A stretch of 64,000 bases of DNA from the NCBI RefSeq assembly GCF_009914755.1, contig NC_060946.1. One strand, 5' to 3'. Of the stretch, positions 1 to 15,860 are shown in pieces. Below the pieces are notes generated by a model. The model ran no database searches. It was not told the origin of the DNA and saw only the letters and a program-made list of their open reading frames with translations. Source of the DNA: the human T2T-CHM13v2.0 reference genome, Homo sapiens. How positions within the stretch are numbered: the first letter of the stretch is position 1; every line of letters begins with the position of its first letter. The translations under genes were made by a program, and so were the position numbers.

Positions 1-817
1 ATTTTACTTTCTCTGATTACTAATGAGGTTATTTCTTCTCTGCATAAAAACTTCATTCGTGTTTAATTGGATTTTTGTCTTTTTGTTAATGTATAGGAGC
101 TCCTTTTGTTCTTACATATATTATGAATTCAAATTCTTATAGATAAAGATTAATGTTTAGAGGCAAAATCATGGTTCTCATGCAAATACAAATTGAACAC
201 ACCTAAGATTTTATTTAACTCGTTAATAAGGGAACCAGTAAGGTTAAAACCAGTTCAAAGGAGAATTGGAAAGACAGATGTGTAGGCAACAAGGAAAGCT
301 GAAACAGCTTTGCTTATTGGTGCAAAGTGCTTAATATCATAGAGAGCAATAAAGTGTACTGTTTGGGATTATCTTTTCCATGGGACAGAATTCAGTTCAG
401 TCTCTATGGAGCAAAATTCATTTGCATTCTATGGGCAGGATCATTGGCCTTATAATTGGTTTTCTATAAGTTAATTTCTCCCCTGACAGAGTTGTAAAAT
501 AGCTGAGTCCATAGCATAGCAGTTGAAGAAGGACCCCATCGAATGAGATCATTCCCAGCGGGGTCACTAGACAGATGCCACTTAGCACACCACTGAAAGG
601 ACACCCGCCTTAAGCCCATTTCCAAGTCTATGACATTTTTTTGCTCTATGTCACTTATCTTTTCACTTTGTTGTCTTTTGTCCTGAAGTGATGTTATCAT
701 TAACCAATGGTTTCATCTGTGATTTGTGCTTTCTGTATCTTGTTTAAGACATCTTTGCAACCCATATAGAAACACACTCAATTTTTTTTTGCAAGTTGAC
801 TTAAAGTATTGCTTTTC

Positions 818-1455
<638 letters not shown>

Positions 1456-1459
1456 TAAT

Positions 1460-3180
<1,721 letters not shown>

Positions 3181-3630
3181 GAATCAGGAGTGGAATCAGG
3201 GAAAACCATCCAGGGCCAGAGCACTCCAGGAATGACAGGTGTGGCAGGGTAGACAACTGAACCATCTCAGAGTTCATCAGAGCTTTCACACTGCCACTTT
3301 CCCTGTCCAGACAGTTGCCCTCACTATTCTCCTCCCCAAATTTGTCTCATTGTGCTAGACTTGGCTTAAGAATCACCCCCTTAGGGAAGTCTTTCCAATG
3401 ACCCTGACCAGGTTAGGACCCCTTGTCAAACACATTTATAAGTATTTTCTACAACTACATCAATTATAAACTTGTTTGTATAGTTTCTTCTTTAATGTCT
3501 ATCTCCTGCACTCTACTGGAAAGGAAATGAGAGCTAGGACAGACTGTATGTTGTTACCACAGGCCTGAGGCACAGAGGAGCTCAATAAATATTTGTTTAA
3601 TGAATTAATGTGGCCCACTTTGCCTTGAGG

Positions 3631-3719
3631 ACATTTTCAGAATTTGCTGTCTCACCAGCAAACAAAAGAATGTTACATTTTCAGAATTTTGCTGTCTCAC
3701 CAGCAAACATAAGAATGTT
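3631..3719. repeat. 44/45-bp tandem duplication (2 copies)
   Basis: ACATTTTCAGAATTT(T)GCTGTCTCACCAGCAAACA(A/T)AAGAATGTT at 3631-3674 and 3675-3719. Confidence 0.95.
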
Positions 3720-3957
3720 CATTCCCTGAACACTTACTGGTACTTATAATTTTTTACAAGCATTTTTAATGATCTTTTTATAAGCTTTTCCAATCTAATA
3801 GCTGAAAATTTTATCTTAGTCTAATTTGGATCCTTTGAAATGGAACATTTTTCATAGTTATATTGGCAATTTGAAGTTTCTCTTCTGTAAATTTCCTTCC
3901 CATATCCTTTGCAAATATTTTATCTTATTTACTTACAAAGAGACTTTTGTATGTTAC

Positions 3958-4659
<702 letters not shown>

Positions 4660-5077
4660 CTTATGTTAGAAGGATTTTGTCCAGCACATAGTTTTTCCCG
4701 GTTTGTTGTTTGCCTTTTCACTCTGCTTATACTGTTTCCTCCCACACATGGAAACAAAACCGTATATATATTCTCCATTCTTTTCTTTGTGGCCCTGATG
4801 TGAGTCTCACTGCTTAGGAAGATATTTCTCAACCTCAAAATTAGGTAAATATTTATGTATACTTTATCCTCGTGTATTTATGGTTTCATTTTTTTTTGCC
4901 TTAAGGTTCTTTTTTTATTTATTTATTTTTTTGTTACCTTAAGATTCTTAACCCATCTCAAATTTATTTTGGTACAAGAAGAGAGACATGGATCTAATTT
5001 CATTTCATCTTTCTCAATGGTTGCCTGTTGCTCCATCCATCCCTTATTTAAAAAAAAAAAAATGTGTACCCAAACAA

Positions 5078-5197
5078 GCTGGGCACAGTGGCACATGCCT
5101 GTAGTCCCAACCACTTAGGAAGCCAAGGTGGGAGGATCACTTGAGCCCAGAAATTCAAGACCAGCCTTGGCAATATAGCAAGATCCCATCTCTAAAA
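5078..5197 (+). mobile_element. FLAM-type free Alu monomer
   Basis: Single ~120-bp left-arm-like monomer. Confidence 0.85.
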
Positions 5198-5479
5198 CAT
5201 ATCCCATACCTTTACCTCTTTCTACATTTTCTATTCTGTCTGTTGATCTACTTATTCCAGTGACAGCCCCATAAGTTTTTGAAAATGTTTGCTTTATAAT
5301 TTGACTATCTGATATTAAATCCCACTAGAAATTATTTATTTAGCTAATATTTATTGAGTCCTTATATTGATCCCAACACTGTTTAGGTGCTGCGGGTACA
5401 GCAGCGAACAATGCAGACAAGAATTCTGTTTTTGTGGAACTTACATTCTGTTCAGATACCTATTGCTCATTCCTTCAAA

Positions 5480-6765
5480 ATCTGGTGAAGAGTGAGTGGC
5501 AAGTACTCTTCAATGCCAAAGGGTGGGAGATCAACCCTGTCATGCGGTACTGTGTCCCCCATACTAAGAATACAAAGGGCCAGGAACCAAGGGAAAGGCT
5601 TAAGTCCAGGAGGTGAGACTGACTTCTCTCACCAGTCTCACATCCTTTGACTTTGTTAAGTTCAAGGTTCCGGTTCCCACAGGGGGATTCTTCCACCAAG
5701 CAATAAACTAGAGTCAACTGATCTTGAGGCCTCAATGACCTCTTGATCATGTTGGCTTCTTCATGCCAGTGGACCAACAGTGAAAGAAAGGAGTCACCAT
5801 CCTGGCAGAGTCATTGACCCTGACCTCAAGAGAAGCTCGGCTTCGGGGCAAGGAGGAATCAGTCTCAGAACCAGATAATTCACTGCAGCGCCTCTTGGCA
5901 CTTCCAAGGTGGTCATAGCGGGGACCTGGCAATGGCAGCAACCACAGCCAGCAAAAGCAAATGCAGATGAGGGCTCAGACCCTCCAAAGAGGAAGGCGAG
6001 GGCCCTGCCACTGCCACACAGCCTAGGCCCATGGAAGTGCTCATCTGGAATTGTGGTGGAGGATTGAGATGAGGTTATCGATCACGACCTCAGACCAGCT
6101 GCAGCAGTGGAGACTATAGCTTGTTCCACTAATAATCGTGTTTTAAGAACTTACAGATCTTGCTGCTGGCTGCCACCTTGAAGGGAACTCTGTGGCAGAC
6201 TAGACATCATCAAAGACTCACATGCACATGTGAGGGAGGCAAGGGGTGGACTACACCAGGCCCCTCTTGTGCTCCACTTCAAGGTCCTCTCAACCCCAAC
6301 TCCAGCCATTCCCACCACAGCCGGTCTTACAGTGGCTTCATCCAGCTTCATGTGGGTGCCAGCAGCCAGACAGTGCCTTGCCTTGGGCCCATGCTGGAGA
6401 TCTCTTGCTTCCTGTCCAGGTGCTTCTCTGAATATGCGACTTAGTGGTCCTGGTGGAGCCCTCTGCAGTCACACTCGTGCAACATGGGAATGCTGGAAGT
6501 TAATGTCTACAGAACCACCTTGACTGGTGGCAAGTTGAGCTGATGGAGAAATGCTCTCTTTCTTCTCACAGGTGGTCAGTTCTGAGATATATTTCATGAG
6601 ATCCCCCAGAAACCCCCGTCAGGAGCAGGTATGAGCCTCCTGCAGCTGTGACTGACTCAGTGAAACGTCCTTGTATTGGTTTTCCCAGGAATCTCATTTC
6701 CAGCTGAAATGTCTGCAGACAAGTCTTTGTCTCAAGCTTTGCTTCCAAGGAAACCAGACTATGGT
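5480..6765 (+). mobile_element. Probable ERVL-class internal plus LTR remnant
   Basis: 3' end TCTTTGTCTCAAGCTTTGCTTCCAAGGAAACCAGACTA resembles ERVL LTR termini; subfamily not determined. Confidence 0.4.
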
Positions 6766-6881
6766 ACGCGCCATTGTGGAAAGACAGAGTACAAAAAAAT
6801 GAACTCACAAATTTAAATTAACTATAATAAGTGTTATGGAGAAATAATACAGGGCGATGTAATGGGAGTATAACTCTGAAT

Positions 6882-7406
<525 letters not shown>

Positions 7407-7544
7407 CTCTGATTTAGCCAATGCCTGCTGCTTTGTACTAGATTGTAAGCACAGAATAACAGAGTCGATATCTGTCTAATTTTACTTTCTGTCTCTAGAA
7501 AGTAGCACAGACACCAGCACAGAAGCAGACAGTAATCAAGTTTA

Positions 7545-7722
7545 CAGAAAGAAGGCAGGAAGGGAGAGAGAGAGAGACAGGAGAGATGAAGAAGGAGGAG
7601 AAGAAAGGAGGAAGGGAAGGAAGGAGGAAAAGGAGGGGAAGGGAAGGGAAGAGAAGGGAAGGGAAGGGAAGAAAGGAAGGAAGAAAAGGAGGGAGAGAGG
7701 GAGGGAATAAGGCAGAAAGGAA
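7545..7722. repeat. GA-rich polypurine tract
   Basis: (GA)n, (GGAA)n and (GGGAA)n mosaic. Confidence 0.95.
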
Positions 7723-7839
7723 GCCCCCAGCCCATCCACATGGAGCAGTTTGCAGTTTGGGACCTCAGGCCTGGCGAACAGAAGTACAGAGCACAGGTCA
7801 AAACAGCCTGGGTGTGGAGGGAGGGAGACTCCAGGATGC

Positions 7840-8050
7840 TAGCGTTTACTAAGCACTTACTATGTGCCCGGCACCGTCCTAATTCCTAATTCCCTGCAGT
7901 TTCCACATTACACCCTACGATTGTTATCCGATTTCACACAGAAGGAAACTGAGGCTGGAGAGGTGAAACAGCTTGTCTAGGCACACGGGACCATGAGTAG
8001 CAAGCCAGGGTCAAGCCAGGCAGGCGGCTCCAGGGCTGGTTCCTTCCCCT
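7840..8050 (-). mobile_element. MIR
   Basis: TTTACTAAGCACTTACTATGTGCC...GAAGGAAACTGAGGCT core. Confidence 0.8.
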
Positions 8051-9679
8051 CGCACCACTGAGGTCAAAGGTGGGAGGATGCCGTGAAACAGAGGCCGAGT
8101 GTCCACACTCCCTTCCTTCTCTCCTGGGCCCGGAAACCTCTAAGACTTTGCCAATACCCTCTGGTCAGCCCCCACCAGCCCTGGCAGCTGCCCACTGAGC
8201 CAGCCCCTCTGCCCAAGGCCCCTCCCTGGGGCGATGGCAGCCAAGGGGGCAAGTCACATGGCTGCCAGCTGGAGCCCAGGCGGCCGATCCACACAGGAGC
8301 CCTGTCCGTGATGTCAGCACCACCAAAGCATCCTCATTAACCGCCCCCTGGGTGACGCAGCCCAGCTTTTCTGCGTGGGATGGGTGGGGGACTCACTGAG
8401 ACCCAGGTGTTCGCAAGAAGCCAGGATGGAAAGTATGACTCGCTCCTTCCCAAACATGGGATGGCTTTTCCATTGCTAATATCCGAGGAATCCGGTGAAG
8501 TAGTGGAAAGACCGAGAAGGCGGGAGACTGGTTCTCACCCTGGCCCATCCTGGCTTTAGACCAGAAGCCCAGAGCCTCAGTCTCCCCTTCTGTCCACCAG
8601 AAACCACAGCCCTGTCCAGCTCCGACTCTCCAAGGTGCCCAGGTGTCAGTGAGGCTGACAACACAGCAGTCACCTCGGGGCTGCAGCCTTTTAAGCTTTT
8701 GTTTGTTTTCCAAGCATGTCTTTGGGAGTGAAGATCCATCAATCATGACATAAATTTCATTTCAGAAGTTATATTTTACTAGTAGGAGTACAAAGGACTC
8801 AAGAATTCAGAACTGGATCTCCCTCCCAGACACCCTCAGGATGTCCCAGCCTTGCCTCTGGAACAGCCAGACTTCCAGCAAAATGAGGACCCGGAAGCTG
8901 TGCTGCGGCCACCAGTACTGACTGTGCTTCAGGCTTGCTTGCTCCTCACCCACCCTGGGAGGTTGGTACTGCTGTTATTTCCATTTTACAGCGATTTACC
9001 TCCCTGCCAAAATTAGACCAACTCTTCACCATCACTTCCTCTAGGAAGCCATCCCTGACTCCCAAGTCTGAGCCAATTCCCTTCCCAGGTGTCCTCCAGA
9101 CCCTAGAGTGCACTATGCAGTGTGTCCTGCCACATCAAGGCTTCCTCTCCCCTCCTGGTTTTGCCCACTCTGAGAGCAGCAGACCTGGCAGGTAGGGCCC
9201 AGCCGCCACTCAGCCAGCCCCTGATAGGTGCACCCCATATTCCTCCTGCCCTGATGTTAGGGGGCCATGGTGAGGACCTGATGCCATGCAGCTCACAGGC
9301 CTCCAGCTTTTGGGGCCAGAATCAACCTGCCCATCTCTTGTGCAACCAGCTTCTCCTTAAAGGCACTCAAATCTTGGGACTGAGAAATTAGTGGCCTCCC
9401 AACCTGCGACTCCTCAGGAGTTCAAGGCAGGCTTTTTTTTTTTTTTTTTTTTCTTTTAACTCAACTCACCCTCTTCCCCCGTTTCATTTTCCCACCCTGA
9501 CATTTCCTTTAGCTGGACCAACTTCTATATTTTATTTTAATGTTGGTGTTTCTAGTCCTGCTGGCTACCCATGAGGCAGAATGTCTGTAAATGCAAAGAA
9601 ATAGGACAATTTGCCCAAGGAAAGGATTTCTTTAAAGTGAATTCTGAGTGTCCTTCCTCTTTCAGAATGTTCCTTCTCC

Positions 9680-10345
9680 CTAAGTGCTCCCTCCTCTGGA
9701 ATGCTCCCTCTCCCTGGAGTGCTCCCTCTCCCTGCAGTGCACCCTGTACCCTCTTGCTCCCTCTGCCTGGAGTGTTCTCTCTCCCTGAGTGCTCCCTCTC
9801 TCTGAGTGCTCCGTCTCCCTGAGTGCTCACGCTCCCTTGGGTGCTCCCTCTCCCTGAGTGCTCCCTCTCCCTGCAGTGCACCCTGAACCCTCTTGCTCCC
9901 TCTCCCTGGTGTGTTCTCTCTCTCTGCGTGCTCCTGCTCCCTGAGTGCACCCTCTCCCTGTAGTGCTCCCTCTCCCTGCAGTGCGCCCTGCACCCTCTTG
10001 CTCCCTCTCCCTGGAGTGTTCTCGCTGAGTGCTCCCTCTCCCTGAGTGCTCCCTCTCCCTTGGGTGCTCCCTCTCCCTGAGTGCTCCCTCTCCCTGCAGT
10101 GCACGCTGCACCCTCTTGCTCCCTCTCCCTGGATTGTTCTCTCTCTCTGAGTGCTCCTGCTCCCTGAGTGCACCTTCTCCCCATAGTGCTCCCTCTCCCT
10201 GCAGTGCACCCTGCACCCTCTTGCTCTCTCTCCCTGGAGTGTTCTCTCTCTCTGAGTGCTCCTGCTTCCTGAGTGCACCCTCTCCCTGCAGTGCTCCTTC
10301 TGCCTGGAATGCTCCCTCTGCCTGGAATGCTCCCTCTGCCTGCAA
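9680..10345. repeat. Minisatellite/VNTR, ~17-18-bp unit GAGTGCTCCCTCTCCCT(G), with higher-order structure
   Basis: More than 30 degenerate units; the variant block GCAGTGCACCCTGNACCCTCTTGC recurs at 9734, 9873, 9978, 10096 and 10201. Confidence 0.95.
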
Positions 10346-10670
10346 CTTTCTGCCCAAAGTGCTCTCCACTCTCTTCTCCTGTTGAGAAGCTGCTCATACT
10401 CCTTGAGGCTCAGCTCAGGCGACCGCCTCCCAGGAAGGCTTCCTGGACTCCTCCATCGCCTCCTCTGTTCTCCCATGCACCATGCCCACCCCCTCATGCT
10501 TCCTTTCTCACCACATTCACCATCTGTTTCCTTATCTTCCCTCCTCACCTCTCCTGCCTCTAGCCAGGCTCTGAGCTCCCAAATGGCAGACCAGGGTCTC
10601 ATGCCTTTGGGGAGGCAGGGGTCTGTCCCAGTGCCTAGCCCAAAGGAGGCCTCCGTGAGTCGGCTGCTGA
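10300..10670 (+). mobile_element. L2 3' end fragment
   Basis: CTGCCTGGAATGCT...GGCTCAGCTCAGG...CCAGGAAGGCTTCC...TGAGCTCC...CCCAGTGCCTAGC. Confidence 0.7.
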
Positions 10671-11789
10671 AAGCCAATAATCCCAGGCACCCTGGCTGGG
10701 AAGGATCCAGCCCTGTACACCATCCCCATCCTTGAAAGAGTGATCTTATTCATGTATATCTGGAGAAGCTGGAAGGATGCTTAGAGAGCGTCTCTACAAC
10801 CTCCTCTTTTAGCTCTGGTGAAACTGAGGCCCAGACAGGGAGCATCTTGCCCAAGATCGCCTTCTCTGAACCTCTTCCTCCTGTCCTGAGCCCTTGCCAT
10901 GACAGAGCTGAGCTCCCCAGCACCTTGGCAGAAATGAACCTGTGTGCACGCTCCCCACCCACACAGGTGTGCGTGTGCGCAGGGACCCTCACAGCCACTG
11001 CCTCTGCAAGATGGGCAGGCAGTGCTCACAGACCCCTAATCAGGTGAGGATACCGAGTCTCTGGAGGACAAGTGATGGGTCGCCAGTCAGCTGCGGGGCG
11101 GGGACATCAGACTCTGGGTTGTGGCTCTGTCACCTATCACAAATGTGCCCAATCCAAATTTACAGAAGTTGCTGGAATCACCTGGTCAGGCACATGTACA
11201 TAAAAATCAGCTGCAGCTGCCTACCTGGCACGTGTGCTTTTTCTGTCTTGTCTGTTTAAACCATGTCTGAGCAGGTGGGGAGGGGTGCCGCAGGACACAC
11301 ATGTGGGCCTGGCGCCTTTCTGGGCTCAGTTGAGCACATTGTAGTTTAGCAGCTCTTGGTGAGGTCCCTGTCCTTTCTCTTTGCACATCCACTTACGGCC
11401 CCGGAAGACCCTGTTGACAAGCTGTTGTCCCTGTGACCGGGAAACCCAGTGGCAGGGACTGTGGCACAGCACAGAACAGTACCATGCAGTTTTTAAAAGG
11501 GACATTGGTAAGAGGTTGATGACAAATGTTATTTTCCAGGAAAAAGTCAAGACGCTGAATTGAAAGTTCACCCTGGGCTGTGAGGAAGAATTTGCCCCAA
11601 GGGGAGAGAGGAGGCGAGGGAGTCCCTCTCCACGCAGCAGAGCTCTCCCTGGGTTGGGACAGTCATTGGGGGCAGCCTTTATTTCCTTACTGATCATTTA
11701 CAGGATCTTTAAAAATCAACCTAATAAAAGAAAAATAAGAAGGGCAGGAAGGAGGGAGAAGCAGTCACCTCCAAGGGCCTAAGATCTTT

Positions 11790-12400
11790 TGGACCTGGTC
11801 GCAAAGGGACGCTCTCTCCAGGAGGGTCGCCAGGGCCGCAGGGTCCGGGACCAGGCCCAGGGTCCAGCTAAGCCCGGGCCAACACGGGGACACATGCGCA
11901 CACCCGGACACACCCGCACGCACCCGCACACGCACGCGCCCGTGGGCCGCGCCCCGCCGCGCCGGGGGCCCGCATTGACATTCTGCGCAGTTCCCAGCCC
12001 GCGGCGCCGCGTGGGGACAGTGGCGCATTGTTCCCCGGACACGCCGGGCGGCGCAGCGCCCTCGGGGCTTGGCGCGGCCCCGCCGCGATTTGCATGCGCT
12101 CCAGTCACAAAGGTTCAAGGTCAGGAGCGCCGGGCGGGGCTGGTCTTCGCCCCGGCGGCGGGAATTCCTCGCCGCCCGCGCCCGGGACGCCCCTGCGCGT
12201 GAATGGCCGAGCGCCGCCACCGTCTGAGGTGCTTTGTGTCTCGCCCCGGCCAGCTGGGCCCGCGAGGGACGTGCCAGCTCGGCCGGCGGCGTCCCCGCGC
12301 CAGCGCCCCTCGCCCATGCTAATCAGCCTGGCAGCGCGTCTGGGCGGGCGGCCCGGCCCGGCCTGGGAGCCCCTCACGTTCCCTGCCGGGAGCCCCCTCC
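11790..12400. promoter_or_regulatory. CpG island 1
   Basis: Very high CpG density; ATTTGCAT 12088, TCAAGGTCA 12115, ATGCTAAT 12316. Confidence 0.9.
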
Positions 12401-13767
12401 TACCAGGCCCCCTCCCCCAGCTTCCCCTGCCGCCAGGAGACCCCACTTACTCTGCCAGGAGCTCCCCACGACCCTAGCTGCCAGGTGCCTCCACCCGATT
12501 CCACCTCCACTCCTCCTGCCAGAAGACCCCCTCTCCGGCTGCCGTGGGTGCCTTCTGCCCAGCCAGAAGGGCGGGTGCACCTTGCAGGAATGGCTGGCTG
12601 GGGAGCCTGGGGCCTAGGACCCTTCTGGGACTCTGACAGGACTCTCTGTGGGGCCTGGGGCATCTTCTCTCAGCCTCGATTTCCCCTGAACAATGAGGCA
12701 GGTTGCCCTTCATGATCTCCAGAGGCACTTCCAGAGCTGGGGTCTCCCAGCAGGTGCAGGGAAGGTAGTGGTAAAGATGGCATTCCCCCAGCTCCCGCCT
12801 GCTCTGCCATTATCCAGCCTGCTGGCCTGGGGACAGTCACCCTGAGCCCTGAGTCTGGGTCACCGTCTCCAGAGATGCCTTGAGGACTAACGGAGCTGAG
12901 CATTCCACGTTGGGACCAGCCCTCAGAGTGTTCTGCCCTTATCATCATCCTTCCCACAGTGTAGCCCTGCTCAGGCAATATTATCATCCACCCGCTAGAC
13001 TGGGAGCTTCGAGTAGGCAAGGACTTCTGAATTCCCACAGCACAGTGGCACCCAGGACGCACTGAATGACCTCACAGTTGGATAGGTGAAGGCCCACCAG
13101 TGTGGGTCACTCTGCACGATGGTGGATGGGGACAGGTCACCGCATTTGGCATTTCCAGTACTTGGAAAGAGGCTCAGAGCCTTTCTTGGGAGGTGGGAGC
13201 AGGCTTCTCCTGGGAGCTCCCCACTGGGTGTGTGGGCTCCATTGTCCAACAGGAACGTCCCCACCCCCAAGCCTCTGGGGAAGTGAGCAAGTTGTCTTTC
13301 TGCAGAAAGGTGTGTGCAGGAACACAGTGCCTGGCCAGGATGCCCATCAGGAGGTCTAGAGACTGGAACTGCAGACCTGGGGCCTCCGGCATGAGGTTGC
13401 CAAGGACCCACAACTTCCTGTAGCACTTTCCTCCTGGCACGTGTGAAGTCAGCGGCCCCACCTGATACCAGAGACAGCCCCCAGTGTTGGGGGCATCATG
13501 CTCGAGGGTGCGTTTCCCCCAGAGCACAAGAACCTGGGCCCCATAGACAAGCAGCCCCAGCCAGTCTCAGGCCCAAGAAAGAGGGACCAGGTGAGGCGGT
13601 GAAATGGGCACCAAAGGAGAGAAGCCAGCCTCAGACAGACCCTCAGACAGCAGAAAATCTAGCCTGGGGGTTCGAGGCCTTTCCCCAGCCCTCTCTCATT
13701 TCCCTCCAAACCTTAAATATGAAGTAGACATAATTACATGTACCTCGCTGCTCTAAGAATCACTTAG

Positions 13768-14191
13768 GGCCAGACGCAGTAGATCTTGCCTGTAATCCCA
13801 GCGCTTTGGGAGACTGAGGTGGGCGGATCACTTGAGCTCAGGACTTCCAGACCAGCCTGGGCAACATTAGTGTGATACCTTGTCTCCACAAAATAATAAT
13901 AATAATAATAAGGCCGGGTGCAGTGGCTCATGCCTGTAATCCCAGAACTTTGGGAGGCCAAGACGGGAAGATCACTTGCGGTCAGGATTTTGAGACCAGC
14001 CTGGCCATCATGGTGAAACCCCATCTCTACTAAAAACACAAAATTAGCCCAGCGTGGTGGCACACGCCTACAGTCCCAGCTACTGAGGAGGCTGAGGAGG
14101 GAGGATTGCTTGGGTCCCAAGAGGTCAAGGCTGCAGTGAGCCATGATCACACCACTGCACTCAGCCTGAACAAGACCCTGTCTCAAAATAC
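13768..14191 (+). mobile_element. Composite three-arm Alu (left-left-right)
   Basis: Left arm plus (AAT)n, second left arm from 13912, then a right arm; one TSD pair AGAATCACTTAG at 13756-13767 and 14192-14203. Confidence 0.9.
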
Positions 14192-15860
14192 AGAATCACT
14201 TAGAAGCCTGGATGTTACCCTCCCTACACTGTGTTGCTAGCATCAGTTTCCTATGCGTCCCTAACCCCGTCCCTGCTTAGCTGGCTGGATACCACCCCCA
14301 GCTGTTTTCCAGCCACCCCAGCTTTGTCCTGCACATGGTGCTCTCCTGCCCGTGGAATGCCCTCTCAGCCTGCCACTTGCCAATGAGCTCATCCTGCAAG
14401 GCTTGGTTCAGATACCACCTCCTCCAGGAAGATGCCCTTGATCCTTTCCTCCTCTCTTTTCCCACCTGCCTAGGTTTTTGATGCCATGATAAGGAATTCG
14501 GCTGCAGATCCTAGGGCAATAGGGAGCCACTGCAGGCTCTAAACAGGGAGCAGTGACCCAGCAACTCTCCCTGGTGGCCTCTGCAGGGAGCATGCAGACA
14601 GGGGTTCTCAGACATCCGGAATTCACAGGCTGGTCAAATTTCAAAGGAGTATTGCAGACCTACGGAAGATTGCCAACTTTCTATTTTTCCATGTTAGGGC
14701 CTTTAGAAAAATAATTACAATTTCCCTTTTTGAGAGAATATCTTTAAACCAAAAAAAAAAAAAAAGTAAGAAGACAATCTCAGGGCAAAGGCCATTCCAT
14801 TGTGCTGGATAAACAGAGCCTTATGGAAAACTCGCCACATGGTCCTCACATTTGATGGTTGGAAAACAGCTAGCGGTGGTATCCGGCCTAACAGCTGGAA
14901 CCGTGATCAGGGCTGGGCCTCCATATAGGTGTGGCCTCCTCTCGGCATCCCTTCCTGCCCCAGACCACAGGTTTCCTGAACCCCCTAGACCAAGTGGGTT
15001 TCCTGGCTGGTCCCCTGGCTGCACTCAGGCCCTCTAACCTGGCGGTTCTCAGAGGTCAACCCAGATGAGTATCGGGCTGGCCAGTGTGATGAGCGCCCAC
15101 CATGGGGAGGCCCCTGGGGCAGCCTGCAGCTCCAGCACTCATGGGTCACTGCAGCCTCGACTTCCTGGGCCCAAGCAATCCTGACTCCAAGATGCAAGGA
15201 CGCTTATGAGAATAGAGAAGAGGGGACAAGGCACAGATGCCCTCTGTCCCCACAGTGTGAGGCAAGGAGCAAACTTGTGTGTGCATGAGCCTGGGGCCAC
15301 CCATGGGGGAGGGAATGCCTGATGCATGACCAGCCTGAGTGGAGCGTCCACACTGAGCCTTGCAGATTGTTCTAGAAGGAGATTCATCCTCCCTTCCAAG
15401 GGCAGGCTCTACTGTGGATGTTCTGCTGATCAGACAGTGGGTACTATCAGTAATTAGCATTGAAATCCTGCGCTCAGCCTCAGAGCTGGGAGGCCCAGGG
15501 TGACCACTGAGGACAGCTCAGCATTGAAGAGAGGCCTGAAGATGATTAGGGGCAGGGTTACACTGGTTACACCTGCTCTATTAGGTGACGTGAATTTGTA
15601 ATCTTGTTTCCAGCTTTCCTTTGCCTTTTAATCCTTCTTTGTCAAGAACAAAATTCAAGCTATCCTGTTACCAAATGATCACATGTTTGAAATGTGAGGT
15701 CTGGAATAATCTCCGACCAGTGCTAGCCCATGTATCAGTGCTCAGCCGCTCGCTTTAACCAGGCTGTGTTGTCCTGGACTTGCCCCTCCAAATATGATGT
15801 GACTCAACACTCATGTCAGGCCCTGGGCTAGGCACCGAGGACGCTCAAGACACAGTCCTT

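Noticed and set aside
150-720. Possible LTR remnant
   Set aside because: I could not confidently identify termini or family by eye
8338-8358. CTCF-like motif CACCCAGGGGGCGG (minus strand)
   Set aside because: Only a partial consensus match; cannot be supported without a PWM score or ChIP data
9680-10345. CRISPR-like repeat/spacer array
   Set aside because: Inter-repeat segments are themselves copies of the unit rather than unique spacers; eukaryotic context, no cas genes
9552-10735. Repetitive 281-370-aa ORFs (REREHS/QGEGAL repeats)
   Set aside because: Translations of the minisatellite; the unit lengths do not keep one frame, and there is no promoter or splice support
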